In this document: in pieces, positions 17,596 through 28,796 of the stretch | Position numbering within the stretch: position 1 is the stretch's first letter | Layout: the number at the start of each line of letters is the position of its first letter | Origin: an uncultured Planctomycetota bacterium | GTDB taxonomy: Bacteria; Planctomycetota; Planctomycetia; Isosphaerales; Isosphaeraceae | Direction of reading: 5' to 3' | Assembly: GCA_963823665.1 (NCBI GenBank) | Contig: CAWGMQ010000003.1 | Span: forward strand, 1,088,001-1,152,000 | Length of the DNA stretch: 64,000 nt | Notes under the pieces: generated by a model | What the model was told of the DNA's origin: nothing | The model's database searches: none | Seen by the model: only the letters and a program-made list of their open reading frames with translations | Program-made: the position numbers and the translations under genes

Positions 17596-20500
17596 ATGTC
17601 GCACGTCGGTCAAACGCTTATCGAGACGATTACCGATTCCGATCCGGCGGTCCGAGACCGGTCGGCGAGAGAGCTGGCTGCCCAGGCTAGCCTGGCTGAG
17701 AAGCTCGAGGCGTGCCAGGAGCTCGAGGAGTTCCGGCGAACGCGCGAAAACCTCTACGAGCGCGTGCGTGCGTCGCTTTTCTTGCACGCGCTTTATCGCT
17801 ACGAGATCCAGGAAGACCAGGCAATCCGGGGGGCGGGGTTGATCCCGTTTTCCGGATTCACGCATCTGATGGACCGGCGGTATGAGCAGGCGATTGCGGA
17901 GTTTCTGGACGCGATGGCTCGGGACGGGCCAAGCGGCACGGTTGCCAGCGCGCTTGCTCGGGCCTATGAACAGGTCGCGTTTCAGACGCTGACGGACCAG
18001 GTGCGGAGCTCGGTTCGATCGTGCCGGGGAAATCGCTGGATGTTTCGAGTGGGATGCGCCGACGAGCATCCGCTGCGCATTGCCCCCCAGCTTCTCGTAC
18101 GAGAGCCCGACCTTGGTCTTTTTCCGATCCTGGTCGAGCGCACGCCCGTGCGGCTGGACCTCTCGCACAGCGGCTGGTCGGACATCTTCTTTCTGGGAAT
18201 GGATTTTCCGGAAGGCGCCCGGGTGCTGAATATTTCCGTCGACCTGGGCGTGCACGGCCGCGACAGGGAACCTCGTCCGCCGATCGAGTCGCGATTGCGG
18301 GTGATCACGGAGCCGATTCTGCGGCTGACGAGCATTGACTTAAATGCATGCAAGGACGTTGACAGCCTCGACGAGCTGTTCAATTTCGGCAACGACTACC
18401 TGGGACTGGTCAAGGCGGCGGTGGTCGCATCGGGGTTGATCCCCCCTGCCCTGGAGGGAACCAACACGCCGCTTGCCGATCTGCTGGCGATGATCGTGCG
18501 GCCCGGGCTCGGACTGGAGATCGTCAGCAAGGTCAACGATATTCCCAAAGGCTCGCGGCTGGCCGTCTCGACCAATCTGCTGGCTTCGCTCATCACGCTC
18601 ATGATGCGGGCCACCGGCCAGGTGCCCAATCTGACGGGGCCGCTCGGGCCCGAGGAATCGAAGGTGGTGGTGGCACGGGCGATCCTTGGCGAATGGCTGG
18701 GAGGATCGGGAGGCGGCTGGCAAGACTCAGGGGGCATCTTCCCGGGCATCAAGTTGATCGAGGGGGTTTCGGCGTCGGAGGGAGACCCGGAGTGGGGCGT
18801 GAGCCGGGGGCGCCTGTTGCCGTCACATCGCCTGCTCAACCGAGTTGAGAGCAGCGATGGCGAATCGAAGCCGGCGGCTCACTCCGCCGCGCCTGCCTTG
18901 CCTCAGGCGCTGGCCGAGAGCCTTGTCGTCGTCCACGGCGGGATGGCGCAGAACGTCGGGCCGATTCTCAACATGGTCACGACGAAGTATCTGCTGCGCG
19001 AACCGGACGCCTGGGTCGCGCGGCTCGAGAGCCTGAAGATCTTTGGCGAGATCGTGAAGGCGGTCGGGGCCGCTGATGTGCGGACGATCGGGCGATGCAC
19101 GACGCGGAACTGGGAAGGGCCGCTGAAGCAGATCATCCCGTGGGTGACCAATCTCTTCACCGAAACGATCATCCGCCAGGCCCGCGAGTTGCTGGGTGAG
19201 GATTTCTGGGGTTTCCTGATGCTGGGGGGCATGTCGGGGGGCGGCATGGCGTTCTTCGTCGCTCCCCACCGTCACAACGAGTTCCAGGCGCGAATCGCCG
19301 CGATCATGCGCGAGGCCAAGGGCGCGCTCGACGATGCTCTGCCCTTTGCGATGGAGCCAGTGGTCTACGACTTCCGCATCAACCCGCACGGCACGCTGGC
19401 GATACTTGATTCGGCGAGCGAGGCGATGATGCCTTCCCAGTACTACGCGTTGCAAACACCGCGGATGATCGCGGCGGCAGGCAGCGTGCCTTACGACCGT
19501 CGTGCCGACGTCGACCATTTCGCCAACCGTTGCCCCGATAGCGGCGAGCTGGTGCGGGTGTTTCCGGACGATGATCAACCATTTATTCCCGGTGGCGCGG
19601 AGCACCGAGTCCGGCTCAAAATCGCAGTGGGACGGCGAGGCGGCGCTCATTCGCCGCGAGAACGGATTTGACGCGGTCCAGCACGAACAGCTTCGCGATG
19701 ATCTCCAGCGCGGGCGAATCGGACTGGCGCGCAACCGTTTACCGGTCGATCTGGACATCAGCGACGTAGAAGATTCCGAGCTGATCATGGCGGCGGGGCC
19801 GGTGGGCTCGGCGACGATCGAAAGGGGAAAGGCGGCGATCGAGCGCGGCGGAGTGGCCGTGGTGACGCTTGCGGCGGGGGTCGGCAGCCGGTGGACGACC
19901 GGGGCCGGGGTAGTCAAGGCGGTGAATCCGTTCGTGTCGCTCGATGGACGGCATCGGAGTTTCCTCGAGATTCATTTCGCGAAGACGAGGAAGAGCCGGG
20001 GCCCTAAAGGGCGAGCGATCCCCCATGTGGTGACGACGAGCTACCTCACGCATGCGGCGATCGATCGTCATCTGAAAGCGACAGGAAATTTCGGCCATGA
20101 CGGCCCGGTTTATCTCTCACCGGGCCGATCGATCGGCCAGCGGCTGATCCCGATGGCCCGCGACCTGGTCTTCCTCTGGGAAGAATCAGCGCATGAGACG
20201 CTTCAGGAGACCAAGCAGAAGGTGCGCGAGGCGTCGCGGCGGGCAATTCTCGAGTGGGCCAAGAGTCAGGGCGAGGGCACCGACTACACAGACAACGTGC
20301 CGATCCAGCGCTTCAATCCGCCGGGCCATTTCTACGAAATCCCGAACTTGCTGGGGAACGGGGTGCTTGCGCAGCTTCTTGACGAGTATCCCAACCTCGA
20401 ATGGCTGCTCGTGCACAACATCGACACGCTGGGGGCGACGATTGACCCGGGTGTGCTGGGCCTGGCGATCGAATCGGGCGCGTGCCTGAGCTTCGAGGTG

Positions 20501-20983
20501 ATCGCGCGGCGGATCGACGACCGCGGGGGCGGCCTCGCCAAAGTGGCCGGGAGGTTAAGACTGCTCGAGGGGCTGGCGCAGCCGCGTGAGGAAACGGAGT
20601 TTGCCTTGCGCTACTACAATTCGCTGACAACATGGGTTCGGATTGACGGGCTGTTAAGTGCTTTTGGAATCACCCGTGGCGACGTGAAGAACGACAAAGC
20701 GAAAGTGAGCGCGGCCGTCCGGAACATGGCGTCGCACCTGCCGACTTACGTGACGATCAAGGATGTGAAGCGGCGGTGGGGACACGGGCAGGAAGACGTT
20801 TACCCGGTCGCCCAGTTCGAGAAGTTGTGGGGTGACATGAGCTCACTGCCGGACCTGCACAGTGCGTTCCTCGCCGTTTCGCGGCAGCGCGGGCAGCAGC
20901 TCAAGGACGTGGCCCAGCTCGATGGGTGGGCGGACGATGGGAGCCTGGATTATGTGCGGTCTTTGTGTGAGTTTGGGCGGTGA
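17596..20983 (+). CDS. GHMP-kinase-like + UDPGP-family pyrophosphorylase fusion (one frameshift near 19560)
   Basis: PVRLDL..GWSD, IPKGSRLAVS, GGGWQD, LGGMSGGG (GHMP/fucokinase-like), then LAAGVGSRW, NPPGH, HNIDTLGA, QFEKLWGD; ORFs 17596-19671 and 19502-20983 join at ELVRVF/FRTMINHLF. Confidence 0.75.
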
Positions 20984-21062
20984 GTGAGGCGATTCCGACT
21001 TCTGTCGGTCAATAGCGCGGGGAAAGCAGATCCGCGCCCTACGAGGCGGTCCCTTCGCGGAG

Positions 21063-22712
21063 AGGCTGTCATCTTTTGGCCGCGTTGCGGTAACTCGGCC
21101 GTTGGGCCTAGTCGGCTGTGATTCACCGCTTGGTCGCTCGGTTAGTGCCGCCGATTCACGCCAGTTCTCCAATAGCCCAGCCGTTGACGCAAACGCGCTT
21201 TCCTATTTTGTCCCTTTTTTGCAAAGTACCGCTCATTCCGCCAGTTTGCCCATCGCTGGGCGCAGTCTCCCTGCGACAACCAGGTTGTGAGCAATTGCAA
21301 ACAACAATGCGACGGCGCGGCAACGCGGTTGGCCACGCACGGGCATAAACCAGAATCCTCGATTGCGAGCCTGGGCGTTGACCCACTCGGCTGTTTGGCC
21401 TCGCAGCCGGTAGATCAGCTTCGCGGCCTCGGTCCCCATTCGGATCCGCCAAGCGGCAACCGCTTCGCTGTCGCCCTTCTTTGCGGTGTAGGGATCTTCT
21501 CCATTTGCCTGTTTCTTTTTCTCGTCTCTGATCGGCCCGTATACGATGCAGCCGCGTTGGGCCGCCTGATCGATCGAGTCCTTGGTCGTGAAGCCACCGT
21601 CAACCAATGCCTCATCCGGAATTCGTTCGTAACGCTCCTCCAACTGGTCGAGCATGGGCGGAAGTTCTTCGCCATCGTTCCCTGCGTTGGTCACCTCCAC
21701 ACCCACAATCACACCGCTTTCGGTGTCTGTTGTGAATTGAACGTTATATCCCGGCCGGAATCCTCCGTCTGGAAACTTCATGATCCTCGCGTCGGGGTCG
21801 GTGGTCGAAGCACGCGCTTCCCGCCCCTTGCGGCCGTAGGACTCGTCACGTTCGCGTTGCAGCTCCTCGCACTGCCGCATCGCTTCTTCGATCCGTTGCT
21901 GTCGCTTGTTGGCGGCACGCTCCCGCGCCGCTCGCTGCCGTCGAGTCAGCTCTGCTGTGTCCTCCTCGGCCAGTTTCTTCAGCGCCTCAACCTGCTCCTT
22001 CGCCGCTTTCAGGCACTCCTCCAGGCTACCGCGACGACGAAACGAGCTCTTGCCCGCGCTGGCACGCACTCTCATTCCGTCCTGAGCGACCCGGTCCATT
22101 TTCACCAACCCGGCATGGAGCAGGGTGCCCACGATCTGCGTGAGCAGTTCGTTCAACTTCTCGCCCCCACAAGCGAGGAAGTGGGACAACATGCTGTGGT
22201 TGACGGTTACGCCGCCGCACAGCCACTGGTACGGCAGACTCCCTTGGTTCTTTTCGCACAGCCGTTCGATTTCACGGGCGCTGCCGACTCCCTTCAATGT
22301 GGCGAAAACCCGCAATCCGACCAGCAAGCGCGGGTCGGTGGCATCTCGGCCGACATGTCGCTCGACGGCCTTGATCTCGCCGAGCCAGGCTTTCAGATCG
22401 AGCTTGCAGACCGCCGCCCAGACGACCCGGGCCGGATGGTCGGCCTCGAGCAATTCATCGAGCGATGCCCAGCGCATCTCGATCTGGTCGCGTACGGGAC
22501 ACCGCAGCCGCGGCTTGCCAGTTGGCATCGACTGGGCAGCCTGGGCGGGAGAGGGCTGATCGGGCAAGTCTTCTGGGCTAAAGAGAGGAAGTGTCATGAC
22601 GCTCGTCCTGCAACACCGGGGCTGCGTGGGGCTCATGCGGCGGACTACATGCATGGTATTAGAACGTGAACACTATACAAAATCAACCCCAACGCCGAAA
22701 AAATCACAGCCT
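21063..22712 (-). mobile_element. IS1182-family insertion sequence
   Basis: Terminal IRs AGGCTGTCATCTTTT and AAAAAATCACAGCCT (13/15 match); 5-bp direct repeat CGGAG at 21058-21062 and 22713-22717; encloses the transposase. Confidence 0.85.
21233..22597 (-). CDS. IS1182-family DDE transposase
   Basis: SLDELLEADHPARVVW, GRDATDP, SAREIERLC, YQWLCGG, QDGMRVRASAG, STTDPDAR, GYNVQ, LVDGGF, YRLRGQTAE. Confidence 0.88.
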   Translation of the reverse strand: MTLPLFSPEDLPDQPSPAQAAQSMPTGKPRLRCPVRDQIEMRWASLDELLEADHPARVVWAAVCKLDLKAWLGEIKAVERHVGRDATDPRLLVGLRVFATLKGVGSAREIERLCEKNQGSLPYQWLCGGVTVNHSMLSHFLACGGEKLNELLTQIVGTLLHAGLVKMDRVAQDGMRVRASAGKSSFRRRGSLEECLKAAKEQVEALKKLAEEDTAELTRRQRAARERAANKRQQRIEEAMRQCEELQRERDESYGRKGREARASTTDPDARIMKFPDGGFRPGYNVQFTTDTESGVIVGVEVTNAGNDGEELPPMLDQLEERYERIPDEALVDGGFTTKDSIDQAAQRGCIVYGPIRDEKKKQANGEDPYTAKKGDSEAVAAWRIRMGTEAAKLIYRLRGQTAEWVNAQARNRGFWFMPVRGQPRCRAVALLFAIAHNLVVAGRLRPAMGKLAE

Positions 22713-22869
22713 CGGAGCGAAGGGCGACAATGGGGCGGCGTTGAGTGAGGCTCGCACAACGCAGGCGGAGGGAAAAGTCCTCAGACGACCCGCCGCCACC
22801 ACCCCAAACTGGATCGGCCTGCGAATATCCCCTTCCCTCACCGCCTGACTTACCGCTTGCCGGTTGAGC

Positions 22870-23115
22870 TTAATCTTCGAGATCCTCAAGCCGCGTGCCT
22901 CGACCTTCGTCGATGCTCTTGCTTGCCGCCTCGAGACGTCGACGGAACCGCGGATCATGCTCGAGGCGATAGTCGAACCAATCGTCTTCGGTTCCAAAAC
23001 CGATCAGAACCCCGGCCGGCTTACCGTGCCGAGTTATTACAATCTCCTCGGTCGCGGCAAGGCGCAGGTACTTTGACAGGTCATCCTTCATTTCCGACAG
23101 TGGGACCGTTTTCAT
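22870..23115 (-). CDS. Phd/YefM family antitoxin
   Basis: MKTVPLSEMKDDLSKYL...IVITRHGKPAGVL. Confidence 0.9.
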   Translation of the reverse strand: MKTVPLSEMKDDLSKYLRLAATEEIVITRHGKPAGVLIGFGTEDDWFDYRLEHDPRFRRRLEAASKSIDEGRGTRLEDLED

Positions 23116-23404
23116 CACGTTCTCCAGCTTGTGCCAGCCATTCACCCGCATTCGATTTTGCGACGATACCGAGGACTCGGACGTTCGCACCCTCGACGCC
23201 GTAAACGACGCGCAGGTCATCAACGCGAAGTCGATACCACGGCCGAGAAATGCCGCGAAGTCGCTTGATCTGGCTCTTGCTGAGCTTGGTCGGCTCATGC
23301 CGCAAGTGGACCTCGATCGCATCGCGCACCTTGCCACGTTCGTATCCGCTCAGGCGGCGCATGTCATCCATGGCTTCCGGCGCAAGAATAATGTCGAACG
23401 GCAT
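23081..23404 (-). CDS. RelE/ParE family toxin
   Basis: FDIILAPEAMDDMRRL...IKRLRG...YRLRVDDLRVVY; overlaps the antitoxin start. Confidence 0.88.
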   Translation of the reverse strand: MPFDIILAPEAMDDMRRLSGYERGKVRDAIEVHLRHEPTKLSKSQIKRLRGISRPWYRLRVDDLRVVYGVEGANVRVLGIVAKSNAGEWLAQAGERDENGPTVGNEG

Positions 23405-23510
23405 CTGGCTAGATGGTAGCCAAAATCCCGCGTCTGGACAACGGGATTAAACAAAGCTCGCTCGGGCCCCCCGACTCCGGCTTCTGAGCTCAATTGAACA
23501 TACAGGCACA

Positions 23511-24944
23511 CTAGGGCTTCGCGGGACCATCGAGCCGCGGCGCTGTGGCCGTGATTTCTGATGGTGTCGGGGGGTGACTGTCTCTGGCATCGAGCAGATC
23601 GCGGAGGGCCTTGACCAGGACGTCCTCGACTTCCGGCGCCACTCGCGATGGCGTGCCGGTTTCGTAGCCGCCTTGGGGGTAGGCCACTCGGGTGCCGATG
23701 TAGCCTGGGGAGTAGTCGCCGTAGGCGGCCATCGCCACGAAAAGGTCGGGGCGAAGGCGTTGGACAAATAGTTGGTACTCGACGAACAGCTCGCCGGGCA
23801 TGTGCAGGATTCTGGCATTCCCGAGCTGGAGTACGCTCAGGTCGATCGTTTCGCCCTGGCGCCTCCGGCGTGCCCAGGCGAGGTCGACGGCCTGCGCGAA
23901 GGTGGGATGCGCGGCGAATTCGTTGCCGAGCTTGGTCTCATCGAGCCAGGGTGCGACCGGTAGCGCGAGCGGCAGGAGTCGCCAGTGCACGTCCGCTGCC
24001 GTGAGCGGCGTCTTGTGGGCGGCTGAATCAGCCTGTGCTGCGGCCATGCCGTCGGCCAGACGTTGCGCGAGCGCAGGACGGTTTTCAGGCGAACCGTCGT
24101 TGTACTTGCCGGCGGTCACGTTCCCCGAGGCGCCGTTGAAGTGCACGAAAAAGATCCCGGGACCGGCCTGGTCGCGCAGTCGCCGCGCGATGCCGACGAA
24201 ATCGCAGCTTACTCCGCCTTTTGCATAGTGGCTCTGAGGATGCGTGGCGTAGTAACTCAGCACGGCCACGGGTTGGTCGCCGTTCCAGAGACTGATCACC
24301 CGAACGGCAGGGTCGATGATTCCCTCGGGGGCAGCGCGGGCCTCCGGGTCGCGGGTCGCGCTCCAGCGGATGTGGCGGACCATTCCGTCCGGGCCGAGGA
24401 CGCGACGGTTTGAAGCCACATTCTTGACTTCGGCTTTTCCCAGGCCGACGTGGGTGAATAGCTTCGGCTGGTTAAGCGAGCTTTTGATCGCTTGCGCAGC
24501 CCGGGCGAACACGATCTGGTCGAAACCGGGAAGATATCCCCGACCTGGCTGATTCCGCCCGGCCATTAATTCCTCGGCATCGGGGTCGAAGCCAGGTGCG
24601 TCATGCTGATGCAGGCAGTGCACCCCGACTCGATCCGGTGATGTACCCGCAGCATCTGCGAGCGCTTTTCTCCATGCCTTGTGGCCGCTGCCGGAGATTC
24701 CTACCCAATCGACCCCGCACAGGACGATAGGTCGTTCGTCGCTCAAGAAAATGATCCCGCGGCACATGAGCGGGTCATCGATGCGCTTTGCGCTTTCCAC
24801 AGCACCTTCACAAAGCGGCGAGCCGAGAGGCGGTGTCACGTCGAATTCAAAGGTGGCAACTTTCAAGGGCTCGCTGCCGCGCGAGTCAGTGAAGCCTGTC
24901 GCCATGAAAGCCTCGGCAAAGGCTACGAGGGCAAGCCATCGCAT
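23511..24944 (-). CDS. Secreted neutral-ceramidase-like hypothetical protein
   Basis: Signal-like N-terminus; DVTPPLG, DDPLMCRG, HQHDAP, YATHPQ, GASGN, HMPGELFVEY, GGYE; start uncertain. Confidence 0.7.
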   Translation of the reverse strand: MRWLALVAFAEAFMATGFTDSRGSEPLKVATFEFDVTPPLGSPLCEGAVESAKRIDDPLMCRGIIFLSDERPIVLCGVDWVGISGSGHKAWRKALADAAGTSPDRVGVHCLHQHDAPGFDPDAEELMAGRNQPGRGYLPGFDQIVFARAAQAIKSSLNQPKLFTHVGLGKAEVKNVASNRRVLGPDGMVRHIRWSATRDPEARAAPEGIIDPAVRVISLWNGDQPVAVLSYYATHPQSHYAKGGVSCDFVGIARRLRDQAGPGIFFVHFNGASGNVTAGKYNDGSPENRPALAQRLADGMAAAQADSAAHKTPLTAADVHWRLLPLALPVAPWLDETKLGNEFAAHPTFAQAVDLAWARRRRQGETIDLSVLQLGNARILHMPGELFVEYQLFVQRLRPDLFVAMAAYGDYSPGYIGTRVAYPQGGYETGTPSRVAPEVEDVLVKALRDLLDARDSHPPTPSEITATAPRLDGPAKP

Positions 24945-24991
24945 GGATCGGCTCCTCGGGAAGTCGTGTTGTGTTGGTTCAGAAAATCGAA

Positions 24992-26089
24992 TCACACGTG
25001 GCATAAACCGACCAGGTCGCGGATTGCCGCGTGGGCAACCGGAGTGGGGCATGACCAGACCAGAAAAAAGAGGGCTTGCCGCGCCCAGCGCTGCGCGGGC
25101 TCGGCCTTGAGGAAGCCGGTACCCTTCATCACGGCAAGATAAGCTTGAGTCGATCGGAGCACCAGGGTGTTGGCGGCACTGCGGATTTGTGCCGCTGGAG
25201 CAGCACCGGAATCACCGCGAGCCTGGGCCACGAGCTGGCTCCAGAGGGTGTTCCAGGTTTCGCAAAGGAGCTCGAGCGGTTCGTCGAGCTCGCTCGGCGG
25301 AGCGATCCGCGCAAGTGCGGACAGAGCGGCGTGCGCCTGGCCGAGCGCGAGTGCCGACGTCTCCAGCCCCGCGGTACCGACGGCACCCGGTCGTGACAGC
25401 ACGTCAATTGCCGGGCCAGCCAGCAGGTCGGAACCACTGATTTCGACCCCCTCTAGCCCCACTTCGCTCGTGCAGGAAGCCTGGAGCGCTGCCAGTGAAA
25501 GAGGCGGGCGCACCACGACTCCCGGACGGTTCGTGGGCAAGACGACCAGCAGCTTGCGACCGTCAGCCAGCGTGGCTCCGGTGACCAGCACTTGTGCGCG
25601 CTGGGCCGCCGTGACCCAGGGAATGGCGCCATCCATCCGGAAAGACCCGGGATCGGTCTCGACTGCTGTGGCGCCGAGCCGGCGCGATGTTGTCAGGTGC
25701 GAGATGCCGACGGTGGTGAAGGCGCGGCCGGCCGCGATCTCACGCAGCCAGTGCGCGGCGCTCTGATTATTCATCCCGTCCTCGGACAGCCGCCGGACGG
25801 CGGCATCATGCTGCGAGAGGATGAAGACGGCGGTGAGACTTCCGGAGGCGAGCTGGGCGTATCGTTGAACCAGAACGGGTCGTGGGCACGATTCGCCGCC
25901 GAACGCGGCAGGCAGGGACCAGCGCGTCGCGCCGGCGCTCTCAATGAGAGTCCAGAGATCGGCCGGCCATTCGGTCGCCTCATCGGCCTGAGAGTCTGCG
26001 GCGGCGAGCGCGGCGACCAACTCGCCGACGCTTGCCGAACGTGGATCGGGTTCGGTCCAATTCAGCAACTCGCCGGGAGGGCGGCTCAT
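24992..26089 (-). CDS. Acyl-CoA dehydrogenase family protein
   Basis: LPAAFGG, FILSQHDAA, GISHL, DGAIPWVT, AQRWARQALFFLVW. Confidence 0.8.
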   Translation of the reverse strand: MSRPPGELLNWTEPDPRSASVGELVAALAAADSQADEATEWPADLWTLIESAGATRWSLPAAFGGESCPRPVLVQRYAQLASGSLTAVFILSQHDAAVRRLSEDGMNNQSAAHWLREIAAGRAFTTVGISHLTTSRRLGATAVETDPGSFRMDGAIPWVTAAQRAQVLVTGATLADGRKLLVVLPTNRPGVVVRPPLSLAALQASCTSEVGLEGVEISGSDLLAGPAIDVLSRPGAVGTAGLETSALALGQAHAALSALARIAPPSELDEPLELLCETWNTLWSQLVAQARGDSGAAPAAQIRSAANTLVLRSTQAYLAVMKGTGFLKAEPAQRWARQALFFLVWSCPTPVAHAAIRDLVGLCHV

Positions 26090-26134
26090 GGATGCTCCAC
26101 CGCGCTGCGCGAAACGGGGGGCGGCGCCGACGCC

Positions 26135-26629
26135 TCAGCCGCCCAGATCGGCCTCGCACAGGACCTCGAACCCCATGTTGTGGAGAGTCACGCTCGCCTG
26201 TTCGACGTTGTCGATGTGCATCGCAACGGCGGGGCGATTTCGCGGATGCACGATCAAGGGGTAGGCGTAGTGGATGTTGATCTCGGCCTGGAGCAAGGCC
26301 ATGCAGAGGTCTGAAAGCGATTGAGGGCCGAGCGGCAGCTCGACAACGATCAGCTCGTTTTCGGCGAACGCATGCTTGTTCAAGACCAGGATTTCACGGC
26401 CTTGCTCGGAATGGCTCAGAATGAGGCGCAGGATCGAGCAATCGGCCGAATCCGAAATGGTCAGACCGAGGATCTTCACGCGCGTTCCCTGGAACGACCG
26501 GTGAACCTCGAGCAACTGGCCCACGCGGTTCTCGAGAAAGACGGAGTACTGGGTCACGGTCGGCCAGCTTCGAGCTTTCAGCGTTTCAAGCTCGACCTCG
26601 CTGCCGCCGTCATCCTCACCATAATTCAT
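26135..26629 (-). CDS. ACT-domain protein
   Basis: QYSVFLENRVGQL and AEINIHYAYP tandem ACT motifs. Confidence 0.8.
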   Translation of the reverse strand: MNYGEDDGGSEVELETLKARSWPTVTQYSVFLENRVGQLLEVHRSFQGTRVKILGLTISDSADCSILRLILSHSEQGREILVLNKHAFAENELIVVELPLGPQSLSDLCMALLQAEINIHYAYPLIVHPRNRPAVAMHIDNVEQASVTLHNMGFEVLCEADLGG

Positions 26630-26737
26630 GGGGATCCTCGCGGAACGCGTTCAATCCCGGCGGGAAACGCGATGTTGCGCAACCGTAAGTTTAATGATTC
26701 CAAAACACTCGGGTCAATGGTGAGTGGCCTTGAAACG

Positions 26738-26900
26738 TCAGCTCGTTGGCTTGCTCGACTGCCCTTTCGTATACCGAGGCTGATAAAGCTGCACCTGGAA
26801 GCCACCCGGAACGCGGAAGTGGGTGACCAGACCATACCCGTGGTCGGCGACAGGCTCGGTGAACTCGACGCCACGCGCCTTCAACTCGGCCACCGTCACC
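26738..26900 (-). pseudogene. C-terminal fragment of a VOC/glyoxalase protein
   Basis: TVAELKARGVEFTEPVADHGYGLVTHFRVPGGFQVQLYQP; upstream part of the ORF has no VOC character. Confidence 0.65.
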
Positions 26901-27243
26901 TCGAGAGAAAAGTGGGATCCTGGCGGTTGAATGAGTCTAGCCGCCTGCGGGATGGGCTCCCCTTTTGTCTTTCGCCAAAGTGCGTTGTAGACTCTATCTT
27001 GTGAAGTTCGGTTTCGGTGTGGCGATTCGGCCGATGCCCGCCCGCTTTGCGGCCGAAGATAAAATGAGCGGCGGGCTCGAATAAGCACGCGTTCGACGGC
27101 GTCATCCAATGTGAGAAGATGAGGGAGCGATGCGCCGTGTAGGAATTGAATCACCTCCAAAAGTTTTGGCGGAGATCGAGCCTGTGAGGGTGCGGGAGGA
27201 TCGGCCCTTCGGCGGCGGACCCGTCCAGAAAGGTACAAGCGCA

Positions 27244-28618
27244 ATGCTGGAGCGACACCTTTGTCTGGTCCGTGCCGGGTTGGCCGCGGGCCTTGCGAGC
27301 AGCATCATCTTCTTCGTAGGAGCGACGGCGAGGGCGCAAGCTCCTGGCGCCAAGGATCCTGAGCCATCTTCGGCGCCGGCGGGGCTGGCGACCGAGACGG
27401 TGGACCTCCTCGGCGGCCGAAACGCGGGTGATCTGGATGTGGTCGCGCGGGGGCACGGGCAAGACCGCGTGAAGCTCTCGATCCACAACCGATCGAAGCA
27501 CCGATTGAACGTGATTATTCCGCCTGGTCTGGTGGCCTCAAGTGCGGTTGGCCAGCCGGGCGGCGCGGGCGGCGGCCGCCTCCAGAGCATCGGGCTAGGC
27601 TCGGTCTCGAATCGTGAGGGAGCCTTCGGCGAATTCCACTCGACTTCCTCGGCTGGTGGATTGCAGTCAATTGGTACCAGCAACGAGGCGATCGCGAACC
27701 AGGTGGCGGTGCCGGTCGGTGAAACCGTTGACTTGACCATTCCAGGCGTCTGCCTGAATTACGGCCTTCCAGCCCCGACTCCGCGGAACACATTCCGGCT
27801 GGTCGACGTCAGCGAATACACGACGAACGCCCGAATTCGCAGGGCGCTTCGCAGCCTGGCGACGTATGGAACCAGCCATGGAGTCGCTCAGGCCGTGATG
27901 TGGAACGTATGCAATGAGCTGCCGTTCGAGCAGATGGCCGAGCAGACCGGGAAAGTCATGAACTTTCACGAGATCGCGCTGGCGGCGAGGTTTGTCGACG
28001 CGCTCGACGCCGCAGGCTCGAGCGAGCTGGTCGACCCGGCAAGTCTCTCCCACGCGCGCATCTTCGTCCAGGTGCGAGGACAGGGCGAGCTCAGCACCGA
28101 TGCCAAGCGGCTTGCCGCCGGGCTCGAGGGGCTGCATGTGCTTGGCCTGCCGATTCAAGTGGATGAATCTCAGGAGATGCCGACCGTCGCCGCTCCGGCC
28201 CTCTTCCTGAGCGTGGTGCTCACGGATGCCAAGGTCGGTGAAACGCGTGGCGTAATCGTGGCCAGCTCATGCACGCAGGGTCAGGCGTGGGTGCCGCTCG
28301 GGCAAAGTGTCCTTCCGCGACAATTCTTCGGTTTCCGTTCTGGACGCTTCCACGTTGAGCAAGGTTGTGGACCGTACGGTCGCCTCGAACTTCGTGACGG
28401 TCAAGCCCGCTCGGCGCACCCTGGGCAGCACGACGCTCAAGGTCGAAAACCGGCTCCCCTTCACGATTTCCAACCTGGTCGTCAAAGCCGGTGCTTCATC
28501 AGGATCGCCGTCGGTGCCGTTTTCGGGCGTCGGAGTTGGTCCGGCCCGCTCGGCGCTGCTGCCAATCCAGGCCGCCACCGCCTCGCTTGTCGAGCACGTC
28601 GAGCTGAATGGACTTTGA
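27244..28618 (+). CDS. Secreted hypothetical protein (frameshift near 28305)
   Basis: Signal peptide ending ARA-Q; VCLNYGLPAP motif; C-terminus continues in ORF 28307-28618. Confidence 0.7.
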
Positions 28619-28796
28619 GGAAAAGGACAGAGGACGGAGGGCGGAGGGCGGAAAATCGAATGCGGAGGGCCTCGATCTTGCGCGATCGAGGCCCTCGGTG
28701 TTTCCATCTCGTGCCGGAATAACGGCTTGCTAGAGCCGGGCACGGCCCGATAGGATGATCTGTGTTTGAGTGATTGCTCTAGCGGGAACGAGATCC

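Noticed and set aside
19540..19580. Programmed ribosomal frameshift in the kinase-pyrophosphorylase gene
   Set aside because: No canonical slippery heptamer; one extra base in a short homopolymer fits the window-wide error pattern.
16633..20983. Sugar-nucleotide genes as part of the peptide cluster (glycopeptide)
   Set aside because: Separated by 319 nt with a REP-like hairpin, and no glycosyltransferase is adjacent.
21114..21123. Inner GGCTGTGATT as the left IS end
   Set aside because: It matches 10 bp of the right end, but only the outer end at 21063 yields a target duplication and restores the hairpin.
28618..28652. Degenerate heptamer run GAGGACA/GAGGACG/GAGGGCG
   Set aside because: Only four imperfect units; generic intergenic repeat with no inferable function.
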